Shown here: in pieces, positions 39,831-49,930 of the stretch
Layout: every line of letters begins with the position of its first letter
Position numbering within the stretch: the first letter of the stretch is position 1
NCBI GenBank assembly: GCA_036172245.1
Contig: JAYWIR010000009.1
Coordinates: forward strand, 1,116,001 to 1,180,000
DNA length: 64,000 nt
DNA from: Raillietiella orientalis
Taxonomy: Eukaryota
Reading direction: 5' to 3'
Position numbers and translations under genes: made by a program
Notes under the pieces: generated by a model
What the model was told of the DNA's origin: nothing
The model's input: the letters and a program-made list of their open reading frames with translations, nothing else
Databases searched by the model: none

Positions 39831-40525
39831 TCAGTACCTCAAGAACTGTCGCGCGCCTGGTGGCTCACGAAGCTCTTTAAAACTGTTCCACGCCATTCGA
39901 GAGTGTGTGCAGTAACTCTTCTAGTTAGAGGAGGTGCCTCGAGAGGAAATCCCATGAATCCAGGAAGGACTCCGGAGAAAGGAGTCCGTTCCTCTCACGC
40001 CTGGGAGGGAACCCCGAAGGGAACCTCTTCCTTATTCTCTCCGAAGGAATCCGGAGGGGGTCGCTCCATTGTTTCTTCTCCGAGGGGAACGCGGAAAGGA
40101 TTCCCTCTTGGAATTTCACCCCGGAGGCAACCCCCGCAAGGGAACAGCTCTTTGTTACTCCTCTGAAGAGAGCTCCGAAGGGACGCTTCCGAATTTTCTC
40201 TGAAGGGAGCGCACCTCTTCACACTCTAGAGACGTATCAATCCACCGCTCCATGGTACGAGATCGAGAAGGTCCCTTCCGAGAGGACTCCGAAAGGGGAA
40301 GGGGAGGTTGGCTCCATTTTCTGAACCGAAGGAGAATCCCGAAGGGAACTGAATCCTTGATTCTGATTCCTGGAAGACCTCGGAGGGCCAGCTTCCAATC
40401 CAAACCAGTCAACGGGGTCATCCGGTTTCCACCTTGTACCAGCGCCGCACTCGAACATAGACCAAGCAGAGTCATCTCGCGGAGGAACTGGAAACTCACG
40501 ACGCACTCATTACTCGCCGTCGATC
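39831..40525 (-). mobile_element. Family A copy 7 (lacks the outer tRNA-like head)
   Basis: Contains ctggtggctcacgaagctctttaaaactgttccacgcc...cccatgaatccaggaagg...aaactcacgacgcac. Confidence 0.75.
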
Positions 40526-41394
40526 CTTTATTTTCAGCTGGTCACGCTGGGGTGTTTCATGTAAAACATATATATATATATATATACATAGATACACATA
40601 AAAAACGGTCATATACTAGACAAAAATTGTCTTTCTTGGTAATGGCTTCACATCACCACGACGAAGGGAAATGCCTCGGAGGCGCTGCTTCTCGTGTTCA
40701 GTTTCCCGATGAGGTCCGCACAAGAGTGGGGGAAGGGGTAAACAAAATAAAGAACACCCACATACGAGTTAAGTACAAAAATATGTTGGAGAGGAATAGA
40801 ATGGATCACATATTTCTTCCTGGCGTTCTCAACATCCTCTGGAGGATGTTGGCAACTTCCTCCTTCACTATTTTTTTTTTTTTTTTTTGGAAAGAGAGTG
40901 TCTGAGCGGACGCGTTGGACTCGCGTTGCTGAGAAACCCGCGCGATTACGTAAAAACAATTTTCTTTCCTTTGCGCGCTGCCTGGGACGGGCGCCCCTTG
41001 GCTGTTGAATGTTCATTCCTGTGGGAACGGGAGTCCCCCGATCTCATTGGCTTGTCGTCCGGGCCGCGGGTACGGGCGTGTCCCGGATACCGAATGACTC
41101 GCACTGTTTGGTGACCACGCCCTCGAGGGCAGGCAGCGGCGATACGAGAAGACGAGGAACCGGACCAGGCTGCAAGTCACTTTCTTTCTGTACCGGATGA
41201 GGACGCGTCAGCGTGAATCGTTCGGGAAACAGGGAATGTGTGTGTGGAGGGAAGCGTTTCAGGAGCGGCGACGGTGGAGCCAAGGTCGACGACAGGCAAG
41301 GTCAGCGGCAGCTCAAGAACGTACGGACGGTCTGCCAACCCAGTCTCCCGAAACCCGTTGGAGCTGCGAGGAAGTGCCGCAAGCGAACCATCGA

Positions 41395-41735
41395 CCTGGA
41401 GACATCACACGGAGATGAGCTGACCATGCAATGATTAGACATCGACACGGAGATCAGTTGACGTCACGATGATCAGCCAAAGACAACAAGATGAGGCGGA
41501 AACCTGACCGAACATGCATCAGCGACGCGACGATCGTCCATCGGCACGGTGATGAGCCGGCGACACGATGATTGGTCAACGACCGGGCACTGAGCCGAAT
41601 GCCCAATGATCAAGCGACGACGTGGCGATCAGCCGGCACCAAGCCGGTCAGGCAAGGACACGGAGATGTGGAGAGGACACGGAGATGACCCCATACGATG
41701 ATGAGCCAACGACACGGTCACGAGTCGACGGGCTG
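41395..41735. repeat. Degenerate ~18-nt minisatellite (consensus approx. GACACGGAGATGAGCCGAC)
   Basis: Repeated cacggagatgagc / gacacggagatcagt / cacggtgatgagccggc / acgatgatgagccaac units. Confidence 0.6.
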
Positions 41736-41799
41736 CCTGACCAGTACAACTTTGTTGCTTCCTCCTCCACTTTTTTTTTTTTTTTTCCACTTTTGTTGG

Positions 41800-42760
41800 C
41801 AGAGATGTGACCATCTTGCCGCCTTCCTCATGAAGGAGCAGTTGATTGGGATGACCTCACCGTTAACCCAGCCTCTTTCGGCGCAGCTTCTCGATACCGC
41901 AGTTCCGCGATGGCAGCACGGATCTTTGAGGGGAGCTGCAGACGACGTCGAGGCGCTCGTGAAGAGGCACCACAAAACCTCTTTGCCGTTGCCCATCGGG
42001 AGTGGAAGGGCCGCTGCGAAGCGTTGCCAATCACTCAGGAGAGCACCAGGTGCAGGAAAATTTTCCTTGCCCTGCACCTGAAACAGACCGGGACTGCAAT
42101 CCCTCTCGTCCAATGGTCGACTCGCGCGTTGAATGGGATCGTCCAGTGCAACAGCCGTGACGTCGAGTCCCGCCACTCCAGTGGAAGTATAAAGCTGTCC
42201 ACAAACACGGAGGAAATTCCACCTCTTCAGAAGGGATGTCCAGGAGCTCCGCCCAGTGAAGAATTCCTCTCGAGAGGGCGGAGGGGGTTCATGTGTCGGA
42301 CAATTGACACACCGCGCAGCATCCCTGCTGCTTCTTTTTTCCTGCGATTTCCCAGGATAGTTCCCATCTCGCAAGGCCATCGCCACGTCCACTTTGTTGG
42401 ATTATGTTGCGCGTGGCTGCAAGTGGGGTGTTCCGTGCCCAGGTCGTCTTCCTTGGGCAGTCCTTGGTTTCCCGCAACGAGCGGCGAGCATCGCTCGAGA
42501 ACCGCAAGCTATCGCGATTGCTCCAGGCTCGTGCCGTCTCTTTCCGCTCACTCCTGAAGCGTTTCCTGTCTCCAGGCAGCTAAATGTTGGCGGGGAGGCA
42601 GGAAATCCACCTGTTTCTCCTGGATCAAGGCAGCCATTTGCCGGAGTTGGTACCCGCATCGGGGCAACTCTCAGTGGCCATGAACGGAAAGCGTACCGCG
42701 TTCCTCTGCTCTGACTGCTCGCTCAGCCAGGAGTCTGGCTGGGACGCATCAATGAATGGT
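41800..42760 (-). mobile_element. Gypsy RNase H plus integrase remnant
   Basis: DASQP (~DASxxG) near 42745. ORF 41718-42392 has DWQRFAAALPLPMGNGKEVLWCLF (~PWxRxxxD...GxxxLxxVD). Confidence 0.45.
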
Positions 42761-44477
42761 CCAGAGCTTCGCCTCTAGTGCTCATCTTCTACACTGGAGC
42801 TAAAGCTCCATCCTTTACGCGATCAATTTCCCTGAAAGCTCTATCCTTTACGAACATTCCCACCCTCAAGGCTTGGTACCACTCGCAAAGACGGCCTCCA
42901 ACGAGGGTTTTGTCTCGTTATAGACGTTCGGGTGATCCAAATGCGAACCAGACTTTCGATTTCATCCTGCGAAGAGTCTTTTCTGGGAACCTTGAGTTGA
43001 TCCAGTTGGCTTTTGCAATCGATGAAGCTCAAGAAGCAGTTTCCCCCGTCCTGGTGGCCATCTTCAGGCTCGGTGAACGCATGGAAGGCGCGGGCGTCCT
43101 TCCTGGAGCAAAAACTTCGTGCATGCGGGAATTCGTGCTATGGAGGAATGGGATCGCCACACGTCGACAAAATTCTCTTTAGGGTGTGGACGTCCTCGTT
43201 GCGGCGTGAAGCGACCGATGCACGGTTTCATTCCTGTTTGAAACCCTACAAAACCCGAGTTAGACATCCGTCAAGCAACCACAAGCTTATTGCAACTGGA
43301 TGTAAAAAGGTCTCTTCGCAGGGCGGCAAGGATAAGGGAGGATACCCCTCGTCTCTATGCTTCAGGCTTCCTCTTGCAGAGCGATCGTGCCTCGATGGCT
43401 TCTGCCTGCCTGCATGCTGGGTAAGAGAAACTCGTATTGATTTTTCACAGCCACCCTTGTGACCTACTCATGGCAGCTGTGTCCAGGGCAAGCAAACAGA
43501 CGAAACGTTTCTAAAAGAAAGTGATTTGCATCTGCTTCGAATAAAACTCACGGGAAAGACGTAAATATCGTCTCCGAACTGAGTACCGAGAAGATTCAAG
43601 CGCATCGATCCTCTTATTTGTTTTTAACTTCTAAGTCTACTCTCTCTTCTTTTGGAGGATTTCTTTTTTTTTTTTTTTGGTACTTTTGTTGCACTTTGTT
43701 TTTAGAAAAGAAAAGAAATATGGCGATGGTTTTGGAGTAAAAATCCTGCATACTCAAGAAGAAACATGACTTTGCACTTAGCCCTGTTCCCGAAATTACC
43801 GCTGCTTGTGCATTCGTTTCAGCTCAAAGCCAGCCGATGCGACCACTCATCCGAAGAGGAACGACGACTCTTCTGCCTCGGTTTTCGTACCGTTTCGCCG
43901 TTCAGGCAGAGAAACATTCCAGAAATTTCCGAGGCGCTTGGATCCACCGTTCGAAGCGACAGCTTCAACACAGTGTTTCGCATTTCTACTCTTGACAGTT
44001 GCGCTGAAGAGATTCTCATCCAAAGCGTAGCCGAAAGCGGAAAGCTGGGGCCCCTTCGAGACCATGAAAGCTCAGCTCCTGAAAAGGAGATTCAGAAGCA
44101 GATGCCAGCGTCTACTTCTGAATCGTCTGCTTTTGGTGCCTTTCCTCGGACTGGAGGAATCCATCTTTTCAAATGCTCTGGGAATTTAGAGGTCAGGTCT
44201 GTGAGGTGAATCCATTTCCCTTCAGCCTTCTTTTTGGCTTCACACGGATTCAACAGAAATGCTACAAACGAGGAACGGAAAGAAAAGAAAGGAATCCCAG
44301 ATAAAGACATCCCCGATGAGAGTTGTAGAGGAACAAATGAATTTCAGTTTCCTGCACTGGTGCAGGGCGAGAGCAGCCCAAGCAGCTCCTGCAAACGCAA
44401 TGCCCCAAAGCCTCATTTCTTTTTCTTTTTGTTTAGTTCACCAAGCGCTGAAGAACCGTTCGCCTCTTTAAGGAGGA

Positions 44478-45168
44478 CTCACGAAGCTCTTGAACACTGT
44501 CCATGCCACCTGAGGGGGCGTGTTTAACTCTTATAGTTATAGAGGGGACCACCCTATGAATCCAGGAAGGCTCCGGAGGAAGGAGTCCCGTTCTCTTACG
44601 CTTGGTAGGGAACCACTTCCTTATTCTCTCCAGAGGGGTCAGTCGGTCCCCCTGAGAAAAAAATGGAGCGAACCCCTGAGGGGCTTAGCTCCATTTTTCT
44701 TCTCGGAAAGGATACGCTCTTGGAGTTTCTTTTCCAGAGGGAACTTCCGCAAGGGAACCGCTCCTGGTTTCCTCCTGTGAAGAGAACTCCGAAGGGACGT
44801 TCCCAAATTTCTCTGAAGGGCGTTCTTCGGAAGGAGCAGCGCGATGCTTCACACTCTGGAGAGGAATCATCAATCCACCAGCTCCATCGAGCTTCATTTG
44901 TACAATCGAAGGGGAACTCCGGCTGCACAAATGAAGGGAACCGTCGCTCCTTGATTCCTGGAAAGACCACGGAGGGTCGAGTTCCAAACCCGGACAGTCA
45001 GCAGAGGCATCCGGAGATTTCCGGATGCTTCCACCAGTGCCGCACCCGAAGCCCACTGGCCAGCTGAGGTCATCCTGCGGGGGAGAATCGAAACCCACGA
45101 CGCACTTATCTCTCGAGTTCGGTCCTTCCCCGGGCGAGACTCGAACCAGCAACGCTTGGCACCACTCG
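44478..45168 (-). mobile_element. Family A copy 8, head abutted or interrupted by a mariner remnant
   Basis: Contains ggggaccaccctatgaatccaggaaggctccggaggaaggagtcc...gaatcgaaacccacgacgcac...cgcttggcaccactcg. Confidence 0.75.
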
Positions 45169-45772
45169 TGGGGGGTGATCAAAAAGTTCTCATTCGAATG
45201 TCTGAATTGTTAGGGGTGTGCGGACAGCAGTGCGTGGGACCAAAAGGGTGTGTGCTTTTGGAGGACTTTAGGGAGCCTGGAACGACCACCACTTCGCCAG
45301 CCTACTGCCGAACACTCTCGAAGCTGCGGCGTGCCATTCGGAACCGACGGCGTGGAATGCTGCGATCAGGAATTGTTCTTCTCCTTCACGACAACGCGCG
45401 CCCAACACTGCTGTCCAGACAATTCAGAAATTCGAACACGAACTTTTTTGATCTCCCATTTTACCGCCCTGACATCGCGCCCAGTGACTACCACGTCTTC
45501 CTGCACTTCAAGAAGTGGCTCAGCAATCCGTGCGCGAAAGAGAGGAGCTGAAAACCGCAAGGCTGAGCTGCCTGGACTCCCAGGCGGCGGAATTTCATGC
45601 AAGGGTTCCAGAAAAAGTCCTTCCACGGGGTCAGAAGTGTTTGGGGAAAAAAAGGTGACCACGTGGAAAAGTGACATGGGGACGCAAGTGTGTACAACCA
45701 CTAATGCATTTTTGCTTCTTTTATTTGTTGTTCTTTCTATCCGATCGGCCGTTACTTTCGAGATGCGCTCAC
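45165..45772 (+). mobile_element. Internally deleted mariner (Tc1/mariner DD34D type) transposon remnant
   Basis: ORF 45156-45551 contains YCRTLSKLRRAIRNRRRG...LLLHDNARP...PFYRPDIAPSDYHVFLHFKKWL. There are 31 residues between the last two catalytic Asp, implying a small deletion. Degenerate TIR-like ends: ggggtgatcaaaaagt and ttactttcgagatgcgctc. Confidence 0.85.
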
Positions 45773-45976
45773 CACCATTGCCTTCAGTGAGCATCTTTTG
45801 CAGATCTTAACGAGGTTCTTTGAGAGCGCTCCCGAAACCATCAGTTTATTTTCGTTTTTATTGTTTTGTTTTGTTTTTGTTCCATCCGATCGCTTCGGAG
45901 CGTTTACTTAAACGGAATAAACAGACATTTCGGGAAATGCAGTCCCCAAATAAAACAAAAAAAAAAAAAAAAAGGA

Positions 45977-46241
45977 TGTGGAGGGAGAGGTTCACCGACA
46001 CGTAGGTTGGTTACTTGCGCAGCTTGGAGAAGGAAGGAAGGGGAGAATAAATAGATGAAGGTAGGGTGGGGACAGGGGTCACTTCCTTCCGGCTCAGCAG
46101 CAAAGCAGCATGCCGGCGATCTGACTGAACTCGGCTTCTCTCTTCCGGCTGCAGCAGCCACCTCGCTGCTGTCCTCGTGTGGGCGTCTGCGACGTAGACG
46201 GCCTCCCTTCGCCGACCCCGGGGCTCCAACACATGGCGACC
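45977..46241 (+). mobile_element. LTR-like segment followed by a PBS-like TGGCGACC
   Basis: Starts TGTGGAG, has an internal AATAAA, ends CTCCAACACA at 46233, and is followed immediately by TGGCGACC. Confidence 0.4.
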
Positions 46242-46385
46242 TGTGACGTTGGCGTGGATGCAGCGTCTCGCTGCCTCAATCAGGGCGCCCGCTGACAGTC
46301 CTCTGAGCTAATAATAAACGCGCTCTTTTCTTTTCTTTTTATTACTGATTTCAGAGTTTCATTTCTGCATACTTATTTTCACACA
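46242..46385 (+). mobile_element. Short solo-LTR-like segment
   Basis: TGTGA...AATAAA...TCACA(CA) terminal inverted pentamer. No target-site duplication seen. Confidence 0.35.
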
Positions 46386-47435
46386 GGTTATATACACAAA
46401 TATGGGGTAACGCATTGCAAACGAATCGTGCGATTCCATTCTCACGCAACCGGTGCGAGCGAAGACCTAACGTAAGATACACGACAAAACATCCATCCTC
46501 AAGTGGTGGGATGTTTGCCCTGGATTCAGGCGCGATTCCGATTTTTTATTTTGCTCTTCAGTTTTGGTTAATCATATTTCATTGTACTCTAAATTTTAGT
46601 TTTTGTCGCACTGAGTGGGCATCTGGTCAGTTTAGTACCATGATAATCCATCATCAATAGGCGAATACCCTCTCTCCCAGATGAGTCAAATAAAACGGAC
46701 GATACTTTCGTACGCTGCACCAGATGCGTGGGCAAGCCGACGATCCTCTTTTCTGGGGGGATTAAAAACTCCTGAATCCGATGCTCATTGGTGCAACTGC
46801 TGGGAGAAAGAAGATGCTTGGATAACGTCAACTAAATGAGAGCAACATGCCTAGTTGTTAAGAGCAAGTAACCACTCTCTGCCACCTCTTTAAATATATG
46901 TGATTCTTAAATGTTTAAGATTCCATGATCATAAACGAACTTGTTCCATAGCTGCAATATTTGCTCCACAAGCTCTCCTGCTTCCAAAAATTGAAACCAA
47001 ACCCCAATCTAGCTTCACATGATTTTCCCGTGTTTCTAAGATCTGTATCCTTTTCTTCTTGCGTTCTGTTCAGTCACCCTTTCCGACTTTCATGCGTCAG
47101 CTTCTCATTAAGCATTGCATCCTATAACCTTGTAAATCATAATGCACCTTGTACGTGCATAGATTATGCCTTGAAGCATAGCCCACAGCATAGTGTAACG
47201 TAAAAGTGAGCAGAAAACCAGTAACACATTGGCAGTGTCTTGTGGAACGCATTTGCAGCACCATCACTTTCACTGTCATACCCTGACATGAACAGGGGCT
47301 ACTTCGGATACATTTTTATTTAAATTACTGACAATCTTCTGGAATGACTAGGTTGTTTCTCAACACACAACTACCCCAATATACAGAAAGATGCTTTGAG
47401 CAGTGAGGATTAATCATTGAATAGAGTTTCTTAAT

Positions 47436-49166
47436 CTAATCTGATTTCTCGGAATTATTCTCACTTTTGAAGTATTGGTTCAATTGCAGCAACTGCAAAG
47501 AAAAAAGAATGGAAAGCTTGCTGGGAACATTTGGAAGAATGGTGTTTACCTTCTTTGTTTCATTTACTGGCATATGCTGTTTCCGATAGTCTTTGTCAAC
47601 CAGTTTTGGTTTATTCAAATGATTCTGCAGCGTCACCTTCATTGACACATCATGCATACTGAATTTTGTGTCTGATTTTATGGGTAATTTTGAAGTTTCC
47701 ACAGCATCATGGTGAGTAGGATTCATAGTTGTCAGATTGGCATACGTACTAGTCAAGAGGATGACTATGCCAAAGCATAGCACGATCTTTTGGAAATTTT
47801 ATGGTTTTACTATGCCTTTTTTCCCCATCATAAATACCTGAGCAACCAGTTTTTCAGTTGTCTGTTTCTTGCATGCAACACTGAAAATCGCGGATGGATA
47901 GATAAAGCACACTGCTGCTCCTGTGGTAGAGCCAAGAAGTCCTAGAACATTCTCAATGTCGGGCACCAACAAGCTGATCACGAAGCAGATGATAACTGTA
48001 CAAAATGTAATCATAAAAAAATATGGATTGGGGACAAAAGTGCCATGGCCTAGATCGTTCGCAATTTCTAGCGAATGATCATGTGCTTTGCGACTTGGGT
48101 TGATTTTTTTGAAAAAACAGGAATAAATACTGGCTCTGTAAGGGAACATGCATAATGGGAAGCTGATCGCTACTGATATAACAAAACAAAACTTTATGGT
48201 ATCAGAAGAAGCTGATGAATTGAATGCATTTAAAATATTTCCTGGTACTTGAGCATGTTGAGATGCAAAGCATCCAAAGATACCAATGAATAAATAGACC
48301 ACAGTACATGCACATAAAGCTTGTCCAACAATTCTTTTCATTCCAAACAAATTGGGTTCCTTCATGGCACCATATATTTCAAATACCTGGCTAGAAAGAC
48401 TAAATAAATTATACTCACAATTATGGGATATCTACGTTTGACATGACAGTGCCATGGCCATGATAGGAAGACACTGAAGAACACCCTCTGGTTTCCAAAG
48501 TACAAGTGTGCTGGGCCAGCCATCAGCATGCAAATGTTGAATACCTTCTCCTACTATCTGATAGGGATGTCTGGGACATCACATAGGAACTTGCCTTCAA
48601 TATAAGGGCTAAATAAAAGATAATTGACAAGGCACTCAAATGTGCCAGCACTTCTGGACTACGGAAGAGAGCAAGTGGGAAACAGACTCCAAATCCTAGT
48701 ATAATCAAAACAAGCATGCGGAGTCCATTGGTTAGTTCCAGATGAAATGCTTTGGCTACGAGGGCAGGTCCCAAATCTCCCATAATCACAAAAAATGCAA
48801 CACATGTGCCCAAAAGAAATCCCATAATGCTGATTTCCACAAGAAATTTACCCAAATGACCATGTGTATGAAATGCTAAGCACAGAATGAAGATGGAATA
48901 GAAAATAAGCATGGCTTACCGATCATCTCAAAACATCGAAAGTGACACATCACTGCAGTTTTGAGTAACATATCACATGTAAGCTGGGCCAGCATAGCAC
49001 ACCCTACAAGTAGCAGACTTCCCAGCAGCAAGCCACACTATCCACAACAATTAGCAAACAAATAAACTAAAAAGTAACTAACTTGTTGAAGGCAATAGGG
49101 AATTGCCAAGATACTGACACCAATGATGCTGTTTGCAAGAGTTATGGCCAGAGTTCCATCTACCAT
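47436..49166 (-). CDS. SLC38A10: SLC38A10-like amino acid transporter (Aa_trans/AAAP family), at least 6 exons, ~480-500 aa
   Basis: Exons 49166-49083, 49037-48920, 48875-48595, 48557-48436, 48390-47838 and 47786-47436 join in frame; a further in-frame 57-nt intron at 47549-47493 is possible. Motifs include LANSIIGVSILAIPYCLQQCG, LLGTCVAFFVIMGDLGP, LPIMAMALSCQTQVFEIY, ISFPLCMFPYRASI and VLGLLGSTTGAAVCFIYPS. AATAAA lies on the minus strand at 47320-47315. The 3' end is less certain. Confidence 0.9.
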
Positions 49167-49172
49167 CTGAAA
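49167..49172 (-). promoter_or_regulatory. Putative trans-splice acceptor (TTTCAG) directly before the SLC38A10 ATG
   Basis: The minus strand reads ...aatgtttcatttcag|ATGGTAGAT. The only upstream sequence is the 133-nt gap after the SNU13 stop codon. Confidence 0.65.
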
Positions 49173-49299
49173 TGAAACATTAGAATTCTACTAATCTCAA
49201 ATTCTTAGTGACAAACAGGGTGGTACGATTTCAAACCTTCCACCCTGAACTATATCTTGGATCAAGTAATACACTAAAAATAAATACAAATATGGATAA

Positions 49300-49930
49300 T
49301 TAAATGAGAAGTTTTTCGATTTCTTGCTGTATAACCATGATCTGTGGCTTCAATTGGGATTCTTCATTGGCAGTAACGCAACAAGCAACTACTGATCTTG
49401 AGACACCACAGGCTCGCCCCAACACTACAAAAGCTCTTGTTGCAGTTTAGTATATGTTGAGACTCCTCACCTTGTTTAGAACGCACAAATACATAAGGGA
49501 CATTTTTGTCTTCACATAGCAATGGAAGATGCAATAAGATTTCCAGTGGTTCAGCATCAGCTGCCATTACAATGAATTCTGCCAATCCACGGTTAAGTGC
49601 TTTTGTAGCTACAGTAGGAAACAATCAAAACCAAAAAAAATGCCAAGTTCAAAACATCTTGATCAACAATAAATATTAAGATAAATTCATTACATTATAC
49701 TTTTCTATTATAACAAAAAAGAGCATTTTGCAAATACGTTTCTTTTGACAACAAATGTAAGGAAATCATTATGGGACCAATTCAAAACTGGAAGCACTAA
49801 AAAATTATTCACCTTCATTCGCCCCTTTTTTCAGCTGTTTATAATTATTAGACTGTTGAACCATATTTAAGATTTTTGTGGTCAGGTTGGCATCAGCCAA
49901 TGGATATGCTTTAGGATTCACACCATCCAT
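49300..49930 (-). CDS. SNU13: SNU13 / NHP2-like protein 1 (15.5K, L7Ae-family K-turn binding protein), 3 exons, 126 aa
   Basis: Manual splicing of exons 49930-49813, 49608-49471 and 49424-49300 (GT-AG introns of 204 and 46 nt) gives [126 protein letters not shown], a typical Snu13 sequence. Confidence 0.97.

Noticed and set aside
39990..40400. CRISPR array
   Set aside because: The units are diverged and contiguous with no unique spacers or cas genes, and the context is eukaryotic.
40620..40860. pogo/Tigger transposase fragment (HIFLPG...)
   Set aside because: The resemblance is too short and weak to support a call.
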